Shown piece by piece: positions 36,591 to 46,861 of a DNA stretch of 64,000 nucleotides (position 1 is its first letter; each line of letters opens with the position of its first letter). Below the pieces are notes generated by a model. The model was not told the origin of the DNA. It saw only the letters and a program-made list of their open reading frames with translations, and searched no databases. The translations under genes and the position numbers were made by a program. This DNA comes from an uncultured Pseudomonadota bacterium (GTDB lineage Bacteria > Pseudomonadota > Alphaproteobacteria > Rs-D84): contig OOHM01000001.1 of NCBI GenBank assembly GCA_900320405.1, positions 90,209 to 154,208 on the forward strand, written 5' to 3'.

Positions 36591-38063
36591 TTATTTTTTT
36601 GACATCACATCACGCCAATAATCGAATTCTGTTTGCAGGAAATCGTATTGCAGTTTATCGGCCTGGGCTTTAATTTTTAATAAATCGTGGTTCGAATAAG
36701 ATTGTTGTCGTGTGCTTCTGCCTTCCCAACCGATAATGTCGTTAATAAATGTTTCAGATACCCCAACTTCTTCCAACCGTTGATTGGCATTTTTACGCAG
36801 TGAGTGGAAATCAAGTTTGTTTGGGTTGTTATCTGTTATGCCGATATCTTTGATGTATTTAATAAAACCACGGGTCATGAATTTATTGTTATATCCACCA
36901 GATTCAGTTTGACAGGTAGGAAAAATAAAATCAGTATCTTTGGCTTTAAATTTAGCCTTTTGATTTTGAAAATACGTAACAAAGCCCATATCCAATAATT
37001 GTTTTGGAATAGGGACAGTTCTGCGTGACGCATCATTTTTTAATTGTTTAATCGGATGCGTGTCTTGGAATTTAAGGCAATCGATACCATCAACATTTAC
37101 TATGTCTGCATATTGCAATGTGATTGCAGCATTAGTTCGTGCACCTAAAAACAGTCCAATCATTACAGACCAAAACATATGTGGGTTCTTGTTGAAATAA
37201 TCATTTTTAATATTAAATATTTGTTTTAATTCGTCGTTTGTATATGGCCAGTGCGGTTTTCTTTCGTTCTTTCTGGTCTTTTTGAATTCTGGTATCAGGT
37301 TCAGCAAATTGGTTTTATATGTATCGGGGTCAATATAATTTGCATGGTTGATTAAATTTTTAATTTCACGTGCATGATTTCTTTTCACGGTGCCGGTAAC
37401 ATTCATGGCCGTTATATTATCGCACATCTTTTGGATAATATCAGGTTGATAAAAACTGGAATACTTGTCGTCAATACTCAGCCCGACATTTTGAATCATT
37501 TTAGTAATCAGTGTCCGTCTGTTTTGTTCAACGTTTTTCACATTGCCTGCTTTTTTCAGCATGGATTCCATTATTTCTTTGATAGTGTGATTTGAATTTG
37601 GATTTGATTTCGGTTTTGGAACAGCACCGATACTTATTAAATAATCACCAACGTATTTCGCAAAAGTTTTCATGAATTCTTGGTCTGCTTTTGGAAGTGA
37701 TGATAAATCCAATTCTTTTGAAACGATTTCCAAAGCACCTTTAAGGACGGTTGGGTCAGTTTTTGGTGATATACGAATTACTTCTGTGCCATCAGGGTTG
37801 GTATATTTATCAAAAACCATTTTTCTCATAATGATTTTTGCTGCAACCACATAGGCTTTCGCTTCGTAATCTTTTCTGCTTATACTTTCTGCCATAATTT
37901 TTGCCTTTTCCTGTGCTTCATAATAATTGGTCGTATGCAAAGATTTACATAAATACCGTCTTTTGCCGTTTTCACGTGGTAATTCAACCATATAATAAAA
38001 AACGTTATTTCGTATCCACAGATGTTTATCTGCTTGACACTTTGACTGACACTTTTTGAACAT
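36591..38063 (-). CDS. int: Tyrosine site-specific integrase
   Basis: 490 aa. GARTNAAITLQYADI (Arg), FHSLRKNANQRL (HxxR) and a ...RQQSYSNHD C-terminal Tyr region. Adjacent to tRNA-Thr. Confidence 0.9.
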   Translation of the reverse strand: MFKKCQSKCQADKHLWIRNNVFYYMVELPRENGKRRYLCKSLHTTNYYEAQEKAKIMAESISRKDYEAKAYVVAAKIIMRKMVFDKYTNPDGTEVIRISPKTDPTVLKGALEIVSKELDLSSLPKADQEFMKTFAKYVGDYLISIGAVPKPKSNPNSNHTIKEIMESMLKKAGNVKNVEQNRRTLITKMIQNVGLSIDDKYSSFYQPDIIQKMCDNITAMNVTGTVKRNHAREIKNLINHANYIDPDTYKTNLLNLIPEFKKTRKNERKPHWPYTNDELKQIFNIKNDYFNKNPHMFWSVMIGLFLGARTNAAITLQYADIVNVDGIDCLKFQDTHPIKQLKNDASRRTVPIPKQLLDMGFVTYFQNQKAKFKAKDTDFIFPTCQTESGGYNNKFMTRGFIKYIKDIGITDNNPNKLDFHSLRKNANQRLEEVGVSETFINDIIGWEGRSTRQQSYSNHDLLKIKAQADKLQYDFLQTEFDYWRDVMSKK

Positions 38064-38193
38064 AGGTATCTATCCTTTATTTTTCAAGTGGGCCAATGCA
38101 AAAAAGTGTTGGATTTCCAATGTTTTTATGATTCTGTGATTTTTGAATCATGACAAAAGAAAAACCGACGATAGTGTCGGTTTTCTAATGTTT

Positions 38194-38218
38194 TTAATTC
38201 TGGTGCCAGTTGTCGGAC
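38194..38218. repeat. attR, overlapping the 3' end of the intact tRNA-Thr
   Basis: Direct repeat of 28914-28938 (24 of 25 nt). Confidence 0.85.
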
Positions 38219-38276
38219 TTGAACCAACGACCCTCTGATTACAAATCAGATGCTCTACCAGCTGAGCTAAACTGGC
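38201..38276 (-). tRNA. tRNA-Thr (anticodon UGU)
   Basis: Reverse complement is GCCAGTTTAGCTCAGCTGGTAGAGCATCTGATTTGTAATCAGAGGGTCGTTGGTTCAAGTCCGACAACTGGCACCA. It has a perfect 7-bp acceptor stem and anticodon loop TTTGTAA. Confidence 0.92.
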
Positions 38277-38378
38277 AACGCCCATAATTATACATATGCG
38301 CGCCACCAAAGCAAGTAAAAATTTGTGTTTTGCAAAATAAATCTTGAAAATGGCGCGGGGCAGGTTAGTATTATCATT

Positions 38379-39623
38379 ATGATAAAAATGCCTGAACTTT
38401 TGGCGCCGGCGGGGACTTTGGATGCGTTCAAAACCGCGATTCTTTACGGCGCAGATGCAATTTATGCCGGATTGCCGGGGTTTTCTATGCGGGCGCGGGC
38501 AAAAATTACCGCCGAAGAGGTTAAAACCGGTATAGAATTGGCACACGCGGCCGGTCGGCGCGTCTATTTGGCTTTTAACCTGTTCGCGCACGATAATGAA
38601 TTTGCAAATATGCCACGGGTTTCGGAAATAATCAATTATCTGAATCCGGATGCGTTAATTGTGGCCGACCCCGGGGTTTTAATGTGGGTGCGTGAACATC
38701 ACCCAAATATACCAATTCATATTTCAACCCAGGCGAATATATGTTCGGCAGAATCTGTGCGGTTTTGGCAAAACGCGGGGGCTTCGCTGTGCGTGCTTGC
38801 GCGCGAAGTTTCGCATAAAGAATTTGTTAGTATTCGCAAACAATGCCCCGATATAAAATTAGAAATCTTTGTTCACGGCGCAATGTGTATGGCGTATTCG
38901 GGTCGATGCCTGCTGTCGAACTTTATAACCGGGCGGCCGGCGAATCGTGGTGCGTGTGCGCAACTGTGCCGGTGGAAATATGATGTGATTTTGCGCGAAT
39001 GCGAATCGGGAATTGAAATGCCAATAACCGAAGATGAACACGGCGCGTATATTATGAATTCCAAAGACCTTTGTTTAATGCCACGCCTTGCCGATGTTAT
39101 TGCCGCCGGTCCCGATTCATTAAAAATCGAAGGTCGCAATCGCAGTGAATACTATGTTGGCAGTGTTGTTCATGCGTACCGCATGGCAATGGATGCGTAT
39201 GCGCGTGACCCGGAAAATTTTGATCCGTCCAAATATATGGAAATGTTAAATGTTTTGGAATCGCGCGGATATACAACGGCGTTCTTTGATGGCCCGGTTC
39301 CACCGGACGCACATAATTACAATTCGGCGCGTTCGGTATCTGAATATTATGCCGCCGGTGTTGTGACCGCGGTCGATAAAGATTATATAACATTGGAATT
39401 GCGCAATGAAATAAAAACTGGCGATGAAATAACATTCGTTTTACCGGGAATCGCAGATGGTGCGCGGGTTAAAATCAAACGCGTTATAAACGCGGCAAAT
39501 GGTATGAATTTACCGAAAATGTCCGCCGGCCAACATAATTCAATAAAAATTCCGCGGAATTGGTTTTCCGCGGAATATATAGAAAAAATTTCTCCGTACG
39601 TTTTGGCGTATAAGCATAAATAG
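38379..39623 (+). CDS. Peptidase U32 family protein (YegQ/TrhP-like)
   Basis: MIKMPELLAPAGTLDAFKTAILYGADAIYAG N-terminus and an E.FVHGAMCMAYSGRCLLS motif. Confidence 0.88.
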   Translation: MIKMPELLAPAGTLDAFKTAILYGADAIYAGLPGFSMRARAKITAEEVKTGIELAHAAGRRVYLAFNLFAHDNEFANMPRVSEIINYLNPDALIVADPGVLMWVREHHPNIPIHISTQANICSAESVRFWQNAGASLCVLAREVSHKEFVSIRKQCPDIKLEIFVHGAMCMAYSGRCLLSNFITGRPANRGACAQLCRWKYDVILRECESGIEMPITEDEHGAYIMNSKDLCLMPRLADVIAAGPDSLKIEGRNRSEYYVGSVVHAYRMAMDAYARDPENFDPSKYMEMLNVLESRGYTTAFFDGPVPPDAHNYNSARSVSEYYAAGVVTAVDKDYITLELRNEIKTGDEITFVLPGIADGARVKIKRVINAANGMNLPKMSAGQHNSIKIPRNWFSAEYIEKISPYVLAYKHK

Positions 39624-39625
39624 TT

Positions 39626-40180
39626 TTATTTGTTTTTTTGTTGCATTATATATTGCTTGTATACGCGTTCGAAAGAACGTGGATCGTTATCAAAATCGAT
39701 AGTGATTTCTTTTTTTCGTTTTTCCGCCCAATCAAAAAAATTGATTTTCGGTTGTTTTTTTACAGCATCCAATACAACCAATACCTCACCGTCTGTGATA
39801 GATTTTACGGCATCATCGAATTTTTTTATTTCATCCTGTACCCGGGCGGTGGCGGCCTTGGTCTTTTCGGTGTTTGTTTGAATTGTTAAATCTTTGTCTT
39901 TTGCAATCATCATTTTCTTTAATTGCGTTTCACGATGAGAATTATAAAAACTCATTAAATATTCCAAAACAACATTTTGCTGTTCATCTTTTTTTGATTT
40001 GACAATTTCGTGAATTCTTTTCAACGCGTTATACCAAGATTTCCCAAGTGTCATACTTTGCGCCTGGTATTCTGCGACCAATGCATCGTACAGTGACATA
40101 TATGCGTGCGCAAGTTTTTGTTTGGAATAATTATCGAGTTTCATTTGGGATTTTGCGTTGTTTTGCTTTTTCATTATCAC
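39626..40180 (-). CDS. Hypothetical Lys/Glu-rich protein with a coiled-coil character
   Basis: 184-aa clean ORF with no recognisable motif. Confidence 0.5.
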   Translation of the reverse strand: MIMKKQNNAKSQMKLDNYSKQKLAHAYMSLYDALVAEYQAQSMTLGKSWYNALKRIHEIVKSKKDEQQNVVLEYLMSFYNSHRETQLKKMMIAKDKDLTIQTNTEKTKAATARVQDEIKKFDDAVKSITDGEVLVVLDAVKKQPKINFFDWAEKRKKEITIDFDNDPRSFERVYKQYIMQQKNK

Positions 40181-40414
40181 ACCTTTCTGCGTTGGCGTTT
40201 ACCATTTTTCTATAACGATATAACAAAATGATGTTTTTTGTCAATAGAGCATATTTTTATATAATTATTTTGACTTTATTCCCATATTGCGTCATCATAC
40301 TATGGTTATGTTCTCGAAAGGCACTGTTGCCGATAACGGGCGGTGTGGGGGCGTGACACCAATCTTGCCAATAATGGGGGTTGGTAGTAGAACAAAAAAC
40401 ATAAGGAAAATTTT

Positions 40415-41416
40415 ATGAAAAAAATAATTACTTTGGCGGCGGCGACTGCGGCGATAACATCGTCGGCGATTGCGGCGAATATGGAAAATCCGTTGTATTT
40501 GCCGTCTGGCGGGGATGTGTATTCTAAAACATCAATCGGTGTGATGTATAAAATCACCGATAACACCGAAAATCAACAGTTGCGCGGTCACGATGGTGCA
40601 ACCGAATTCCCAATTTGGCGCCCGGTTCAAGAATTGGGTGTGGGCATTACCGATCGTTGGGCGGTGCATGGTGTAATGGGATACACATACGACGGCGATA
40701 TTGACCGCAAGGGCTTTCACCTTGGACGTTTGGGAACAACATATCGTGTAATTGACTCGCTGGATGGATATGTATGGGATATCTATGGCGATTTGCATTT
40801 GGGTGGCGTTGAAAAGATGAAGGGTTCATTGGTGCCGGTTGATGCAGATCATATGGTTTTCAATTATGACAATTATTCAAATGGTCGTTGGGGTGCACAT
40901 TTGGGAACCAAATTCGGCCGCCGTTGGTCCGATTTAACCGCCAGTGGGTTCATTGAAGTCCTGCGCACATGGGGAAATCATAATAACGAAATTGATGTTT
41001 CTGCACTTGGATTGGGGGCGTATGGTATTCCAGACAAGATGTCGGTTGATATTAAATCCACATGGGAGGTTAACGCCGGTGCCAAATTGTTCTATCAAAT
41101 GACCGATCGTTGGTCTGGTGGTTTGGGTTTTGAATATAAATATCATGCCACCAACGGATTAGAAGGCATTCATACAGATATTTCGAATGCGCCACAAATG
41201 GTACAAGTTGGCCTTAACGAAAAATTGAAACGATACAAAAACATGCATGACCACTTTAACGAATATGCGTTCACTTTGACATTGGCGTATCAATTGCGTG
41301 ATTGGGCGCAAATCGCATGGTATATCGAAGATACATTGGATACCGGTGCGCGTTTGTCTTCAAACACAACCGATGTTAAAATTGAAACAGGGTTCCGTTT
41401 GAATCTGGCGTTTTAA
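40415..41416 (+). CDS. Putative outer-membrane beta-barrel protein
   Basis: Signal MKKIITLAAATAAITSSAIA, amphipathic beta pattern, C-terminal GFRLNLAF. Confidence 0.7.
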   Translation: MKKIITLAAATAAITSSAIAANMENPLYLPSGGDVYSKTSIGVMYKITDNTENQQLRGHDGATEFPIWRPVQELGVGITDRWAVHGVMGYTYDGDIDRKGFHLGRLGTTYRVIDSLDGYVWDIYGDLHLGGVEKMKGSLVPVDADHMVFNYDNYSNGRWGAHLGTKFGRRWSDLTASGFIEVLRTWGNHNNEIDVSALGLGAYGIPDKMSVDIKSTWEVNAGAKLFYQMTDRWSGGLGFEYKYHATNGLEGIHTDISNAPQMVQVGLNEKLKRYKNMHDHFNEYAFTLTLAYQLRDWAQIAWYIEDTLDTGARLSSNTTDVKIETGFRLNLAF

Positions 41417-41435
41417 TTTTGGGTTTGATAAAAAT

Positions 41436-41462
41436 AAAACAGGTCCATTTGGGCCTGTTTTA
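41436..41462 (+). terminator. Rho-independent terminator
   Basis: acaggtcc-attt-gggcctgt followed by a T-run. Confidence 0.75.
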
Positions 41463-41527
41463 TATTAAACACTTTTTTTAATGGCTTTTTTATGATATAA
41501 TACCCCAAGAAAGGTAAGAAAAAGAGA

Positions 41528-42634
41528 ATGAAAAAAATCGGGATTTCTGCCGCTTTTATGGGGTTTTCTGTTGCCGTGATGGGTGCGGCGGGTGCCGCAT
41601 ATCCGTTGTACCAGCAACAGTATCAACAACAGTATTCGCGTGATGCGAATTATCAACGTACCGGTGTTGTTCAATTACCGGCAACCAACAGCACGGTTTT
41701 AACCGTAAATTCTGCGGTTGCGGTTCAGCCAACACGTGTGACGGGGGCACTGCCAAAGGTTGGTGCGGCGGCAACTGCGGCGGGTCGCCAATATTATCAA
41801 CCGGCGGATTATGACCGTTTGGCCGACAGTGGTTTGTATGTTGGTATTTCTGCGGCATACGCGGCCAGCATTTCGGGCAATATTCACGCGGACTATGCCG
41901 GTGAAAAAGATGCGTATGTTGTTCCGGGTGCGTTCGCATCTGCGGATTTTGAAACAGATACCGTAATACCACTTCAGGTTTCGGTTGGTGCGGCATTAAA
42001 TAACGATGTTCGTGTTGATTTTTCGTATACACGATATTCAGGCCTAAGTTATCCAAATAATGTTATGACGGCGGATTATACCGGCGCGGCCAGTGTTAAT
42101 ACATCGGTCGAAGGTGGCGCAATAACCGCAAATACGACAATGTTGAATTTATACTATAACCTGGATTCATATACGGGTTATTTGGCGGGCGGATCCTTGC
42201 GGCCGTATATTGGCGTTGGTGTTGGTATATCTTTGAATACGATATCGGATTATGTTGTATATGATGATACATATTACAAAATCATTGAAGATTTGGGAAC
42301 AACCATTGGCAATGCGGGCAAATTGACGGGTATATCGGATGTGTACGCATACCACAATGGTGGCACGAACGAACAATTGGCGTTTATGGTCGAAGGTGGT
42401 ATAACAACAGATTTGGGTGGCGGAATCAAGATAGATTTCTTTGCGCGGTATGCTAACCTGGGCAAGGTCAAGACATCGGGCAGTATCGTTTTATCCCAGA
42501 CAGAATGGTTATCTGATGGTTATGGTGGCGAAGTTATGGCGGATTATGACAGTGTTTTTCATTATACCAATTGGTATGAAAGCGGCCGTCTGTCTATGAT
42601 TGATGTTGGTGCGCGTTTAAGATTGCAATTCTAG
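41528..42634 (+). CDS. Outer-membrane beta-barrel protein (Omp25/Omp31/OMP_b-brl-like)
   Basis: Signal MKKIGISAAFMGFSVAVMGAAGA, GLYVGISAAY, RVDFSYTRY, C-terminal ARLRLQF. Confidence 0.75.
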   Translation: MKKIGISAAFMGFSVAVMGAAGAAYPLYQQQYQQQYSRDANYQRTGVVQLPATNSTVLTVNSAVAVQPTRVTGALPKVGAAATAAGRQYYQPADYDRLADSGLYVGISAAYAASISGNIHADYAGEKDAYVVPGAFASADFETDTVIPLQVSVGAALNNDVRVDFSYTRYSGLSYPNNVMTADYTGAASVNTSVEGGAITANTTMLNLYYNLDSYTGYLAGGSLRPYIGVGVGISLNTISDYVVYDDTYYKIIEDLGTTIGNAGKLTGISDVYAYHNGGTNEQLAFMVEGGITTDLGGGIKIDFFARYANLGKVKTSGSIVLSQTEWLSDGYGGEVMADYDSVFHYTNWYESGRLSMIDVGARLRLQF

Positions 42635-42662
42635 GCTTTCACCGCAGGCAGGAGAGATACGG

Positions 42663-44357
42663 ATGAGGGGAAACAAAGTAATTTTTTATTCTTTGCTTGG
42701 CGCGATTGTTGCGGGACACGCGTTCGCGGGCATTCGTGTTGGAAACCTGTCGCGAAACTATGCCGGAACATATAAAAATGTGGTTGGACTAGAGCAACAA
42801 TATTATAATTCTATTGCCGATACCCCGGTGAATACCGTCGTTGCCGATGTGGCGTTGCCCATCCCGGTTGCGAATAAAGAATTGGCCGAAAATATACGCC
42901 GTGGCACAGACGATACAAATATTGAAACATTAAATAATTGTGCGACGATTTATCCCGATGGTGAATTTGTTTGGGACCGGCCGACAATTGGGCGCGGTGC
43001 GGGCGGTTCACCGACATGCGTCGCTGTTGTTGAAATTCGTGCAATTGGTGCAACCGGAAATTCAGAATATCGTACGGTGGCGCGCGGAAAATTGGCGGCG
43101 GGTGATATGTTGCATTGCAACATATCGGATTTTCCACCCGCGACATATTTACCGGATATTACCAGTGTTGTTTTCCCGGCGGATAATCCGCCAACGCGCG
43201 AAGATGTTGTTCGTGTTATGAATGAAGAACAAAAGACCAAGGCCGGTTTGAAAATTGCGGCGGCAACCGTTGCGGCGGGTGTTGCGGGAAATATGGTTGG
43301 TAAATCGGAAATTGGCAGCGACAGCCTTTTCGGAACCAATGACGAGAAGTTAAAATCCACCGCAGTTGGCGCAGCAATCGGTGCGGCATTGATGACGGCC
43401 AGTACTTATTCTGGCAAAGTCGCGGGCGATGTAATTTTGCACACGGGTGTAAATGCGGCGGCGGGCGGAATTGTTGGTAATATGATGGCATCTGGCGATG
43501 CGGTTCTGCGCGTGGAAAAATGTACGGACGGTGGCATAGAAACGACATGCCTTTGGGGAACATTACAAAAGACGGATGATAATATCCCAACCGATAAAAA
43601 TTATTATTACAGCCCGGATAAAGGTGATGGTGTCATAGTATGTGATATGAACAACAAAGAATGTAAATATGATGGTACTTTGGTGTTCAAGTATATCAGT
43701 GGCGCAAACAACAAAAAAATTACTTTGGCGGATGTTGCAGGTAAAGAATCCAGGGTTGTGTTAAGTGATGTGACAAGTTATACATTAAATGAAGACGACC
43801 CAAATAATAAAGAAATGCGGGAAACCGTTGGGTCCGGTGCATATTATCCGGCGGTTGTTGCAAAACGTGCGGGCGCACCTTCGCCGGCGGTGATTGTCGG
43901 GTTCAAAGATTCTGCATTCGGAATCAAGGCCAAAGATTGGTATAATTGGCGCGGTGCCAACGGCAAGGGTGCGCGGATTTGTTTGCGTGATTCGCGTGGT
44001 AATCCATATAAATGCGGCGATGAAATCAATGCCGACACCAAAGATGGCGAAAGTGCCGATAAAACCACAACATACGATATAAACGATTTTAACCCGATTA
44101 AATTAGAGGCCGATGATGGCGGCGTGGTCGATTTTTCGAACAAGGCGCGTCTGGGCTCTACATTAAAGGGCGCGGGTGTCGGTGGTGCACTGGGCGGATT
44201 TGCCGGATACCAGGGCGCCCAAAGTGATATCGAAGACCGTTTTGTCCAGGCGACACGTGAATATAACGATTCTTTGGAAAAATTCTATTGTGGTACGGGA
44301 CGAAAATTCCTGTCGTTCTATAACGACGAAGTAATAATTCCACAAATGAAGAAATAA
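42663..44357 (+). CDS. Secreted/envelope protein with Gly/Ala-rich glycine-zipper-like segments
   Basis: Signal MRGNKVIFYSLLGAIVAGHAFA. Contains AATVAAGVAGNMVG...AVGAAIGAAL...AAAGGIVGNMMASG and a C-terminal GAGVGGALGGFAGYQGA. Confidence 0.7.
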   Translation: MRGNKVIFYSLLGAIVAGHAFAGIRVGNLSRNYAGTYKNVVGLEQQYYNSIADTPVNTVVADVALPIPVANKELAENIRRGTDDTNIETLNNCATIYPDGEFVWDRPTIGRGAGGSPTCVAVVEIRAIGATGNSEYRTVARGKLAAGDMLHCNISDFPPATYLPDITSVVFPADNPPTREDVVRVMNEEQKTKAGLKIAAATVAAGVAGNMVGKSEIGSDSLFGTNDEKLKSTAVGAAIGAALMTASTYSGKVAGDVILHTGVNAAAGGIVGNMMASGDAVLRVEKCTDGGIETTCLWGTLQKTDDNIPTDKNYYYSPDKGDGVIVCDMNNKECKYDGTLVFKYISGANNKKITLADVAGKESRVVLSDVTSYTLNEDDPNNKEMRETVGSGAYYPAVVAKRAGAPSPAVIVGFKDSAFGIKAKDWYNWRGANGKGARICLRDSRGNPYKCGDEINADTKDGESADKTTTYDINDFNPIKLEADDGGVVDFSNKARLGSTLKGAGVGGALGGFAGYQGAQSDIEDRFVQATREYNDSLEKFYCGTGRKFLSFYNDEVIIPQMKK

Positions 44358-44358
44358 T

Positions 44359-44382
44359 AAAAACCGCCGTTCGGCGGTTTTT
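44359..44382. terminator. Bidirectional terminator
   Basis: aaaccgcc-gttc-ggcggttt. Confidence 0.75.
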
Positions 44383-44383
44383 A

Positions 44384-45748
44384 TTATTTTGCATTTATAA
44401 TTTCCAATACACGCCGTGGAACATCAACAATTTTTACTCGTTCTTGTTCCATACTGTCCCGGTGGCGCATTGTCACCATACCATCTTCCAATGTTTGATG
44501 GTCAACCGTTATACAAACCGGTGTGCCGATTTCATCGTGCCGGCGATAGTTTTTACCAATGTTCCCCGAATTTTCTAATTCTATACGACCGATGCCCAGC
44601 GCACGCAAATCATTTTCAATATTTTCCGCCAAACCGACCAATTCCGGCACATTGCGCGCCAATGGTATAACCGCCGCCTTGACCGGTGCCAATTTCGGTT
44701 TCAATTTTAACACTACGCGCGTTTTGCCATCCGCCAATGTTTCTTCGGTGTATGCCTCTATCATCAATGCCATCATTGCGCGGTTTACACCCATCGCGGT
44801 TTCAATGACATATGGAATAAAACTCTCGCCCGTTTGTGGGTCCGAATAGGCCAATTTAATGGTGCTGTCGCGGTTTTCCATAACGGTTGCGGCAATTTTG
44901 AATTCGTTTTGCGATTTTGTATGTGACCCCAAATCAAAGTCTTGGCGATTATGTACACCTTCGACTTCGTCAAAACCGTCCGGAAATTCGTATTCAATAT
45001 CACCTGCGGCCTTGGCATAGTGGGCCAATTTTTCGTGTGGAGTGAAACGCAATTTATTTGCCGGAATCCCCAGAACATTTGTCCACCACGCAATACGTGC
45101 CTCGCGCCAGGCGGCAAAATATTTTTCGTCTTCGCCCGGACGAACAAAGTATTGCATTTCCGCCTGTTCAAATTCGCGCATACGAAATACAAAACCGCGC
45201 GGGGAAATTTCATTACGAAACGCCTTGCCAATTTGTGCAATACCAAAAGGCAATTTATGCGGCGTGGAATCCAATACATTTTTGAAATTGATATATGTTG
45301 TTGTCGCGGTTTCCGGGCGCAGGTACGCGTTTATTTCGCCGTCCGCAACCGCCCCAATGCTCAGGCCCATCATCAATTGATATTCGCGCGGCGGCATCAA
45401 ATCGGTTGAACCGCAATTATCACACTTTGTTTGATCGCGCATTTTATCTTGGCGCATACGCGCACCACATTTTTTGCATTCAACCAATGGGTCGGAAAAT
45501 CCGCCTTCGTGCCCCGAATATTTCCACATAAGCCGGTTGCCAATCAATGACGCATCCAAACCTTCGATATCATTACGGGAATATATCATCGCGTTCCACC
45601 ACGCGTTCTTGATATTTTTCATCAATTCTACGCCATACGGGCCGTAATCATAGGTTCCGCCCAAACCCCCATAAATTTCAGACCCCGTAAATATGAATCC
45701 GCGCCGTTTGCACAGTGCCACAATATCGTTTACATTTTTTGCCGGCAT
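44384..45748 (-). CDS. glyQS: Glycyl-tRNA synthetase, homodimeric alpha2 type
   Basis: 454 aa. LCKRRGFIFTGSEIYGGLGGTYDYGPYG N-terminus, FRNEISPRGFVFRMREFEQ (motif 2) and a C-terminal anticodon-binding domain. Confidence 0.93.
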   Translation of the reverse strand: MPAKNVNDIVALCKRRGFIFTGSEIYGGLGGTYDYGPYGVELMKNIKNAWWNAMIYSRNDIEGLDASLIGNRLMWKYSGHEGGFSDPLVECKKCGARMRQDKMRDQTKCDNCGSTDLMPPREYQLMMGLSIGAVADGEINAYLRPETATTTYINFKNVLDSTPHKLPFGIAQIGKAFRNEISPRGFVFRMREFEQAEMQYFVRPGEDEKYFAAWREARIAWWTNVLGIPANKLRFTPHEKLAHYAKAAGDIEYEFPDGFDEVEGVHNRQDFDLGSHTKSQNEFKIAATVMENRDSTIKLAYSDPQTGESFIPYVIETAMGVNRAMMALMIEAYTEETLADGKTRVVLKLKPKLAPVKAAVIPLARNVPELVGLAENIENDLRALGIGRIELENSGNIGKNYRRHDEIGTPVCITVDHQTLEDGMVTMRHRDSMEQERVKIVDVPRRVLEIINAK

Positions 45749-45861
45749 AATCTAACCCTTTTGTTTTTCCGTATAAGTATTATATTTTATTTGTGCATTT
45801 GCAACCGTTTTTACCATAAAACGGGGGGCTTTACCCCCCCAATGTTTTTGTATCTTTATTT

Positions 45862-46053
45862 TTATTGTGCCGGGGAAATTGCCGAAACCGGGCAAACAGA
45901 CGCACATGTTCCGCACGATACACATTTCGCCGGGTCAATTACGCATTTGCCATCCGGCCCCGCGCTTATTGCCATCATTGGGCATGCCGCCATACAGGAA
46001 TGACATCCAATGCATTTACTTGTATCAATTTTATAAGCCATCTTTTTCTCCAT
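45862..46053 (-). CDS. 2x[4Fe-4S] ferredoxin
   Basis: 63 aa with two CxxCxxCxxxCP motifs (CIGCHSCMAACP, CVSCGTCASVCP). Confidence 0.85.
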   Translation of the reverse strand: MEKKMAYKIDTSKCIGCHSCMAACPMMAISAGPDGKCVIDPAKCVSCGTCASVCPVSAISPAQ

Positions 46054-46776
46054 TTAATCTCTGTTAAGTAACCCCAGCACATATTGGAACATCGCAATAA
46101 ATGAAATATACAAATGCAATGCGCCCAACACCGCCAGTTGATCTTTCTGGACATCGTCGCCCAACACTTCGTATGAACGTTTCAGTGTTTGCATATCATA
46201 CGCAGTAAACAACGCGAACACCAACACACCAATTGCACATACTATTGTCGAAAATGTACCGCCCAGGGTCCAAATCATAGACACAATGCCAACCAAAATC
46301 AAGCCAATCATTCCCATCATCAAAAATATGCCCAAAAACGACAGGTCTTTGGCGGTTTTGTATCCATATGCCGCCATAAAGCCGAACATTGCGGCGGCAA
46401 TAACAAACGCCCAAACTATGGATGCCGGGTTCACGGCCAGTCCGCCCCATATAATCGGTGTTAAACCAAAACCAATCATCACCGCGTATATAAACAGTAA
46501 TACCGCCGCCAACGCCGGTCGCATTGAAAATGCGCGAACCTGGGCCCAGATGGACAACGCCAATCCGCCAAATATAACAATATAAAACATCGGTGTCATT
46601 CCCCCATCGGTCACCAACAGACGTATTCCGCCAAGATATATCGTTATAAATGCGGTAATTGCAGTCACAGCCACCGCGCCAAACATCAGTGTAAATATTT
46701 TCTTAAGGTATAAATCAATTCCGCCAACGGTTTGTGAATTGGATTTTTTTACCCGTACGGGATTTTTTTGCACCAT
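46054..46776 (-). CDS. BAX-inhibitor-1 / YccA-family membrane protein
   Basis: Start moved to ATG 46776 (RBS ggagaaa). Seven hydrophobic segments, C-terminal ...LYISFIAMFQYVLGLL. The ORF-track N-terminal extension is unsupported. Confidence 0.85.
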   Translation of the reverse strand: MVQKNPVRVKKSNSQTVGGIDLYLKKIFTLMFGAVAVTAITAFITIYLGGIRLLVTDGGMTPMFYIVIFGGLALSIWAQVRAFSMRPALAAVLLFIYAVMIGFGLTPIIWGGLAVNPASIVWAFVIAAAMFGFMAAYGYKTAKDLSFLGIFLMMGMIGLILVGIVSMIWTLGGTFSTIVCAIGVLVFALFTAYDMQTLKRSYEVLGDDVQKDQLAVLGALHLYISFIAMFQYVLGLLNRD

Positions 46777-46861
46777 AATTTTTCTCCTTGTTAGTTTATG
46801 AAATATATAATACAATGAATACATATTTTCAAGGATTAAAAACCAACAAAAGGATTCTATA

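Larger units (their letters stand above)
28914..38218. mobile_element. ~9.3-kb integrative element inserted in the 3' end of tRNA-Thr (R-M cargo, HUH Rep-like, SF3 helicase-like, tyrosine integrase)
   Basis: Bounded by 25-bp direct repeats with one mismatch. The integrase lies next to the intact tRNA. The element is visibly more AT-rich than the flanks. Confidence 0.82.

Noticed and set aside
38148-38591. 147-aa minus-strand ORF spanning tRNA-Thr
   Set aside because: It reads straight through the tRNA gene and the U32 peptidase upstream region. It has no RBS and is incompatible with the well-folded tRNA.
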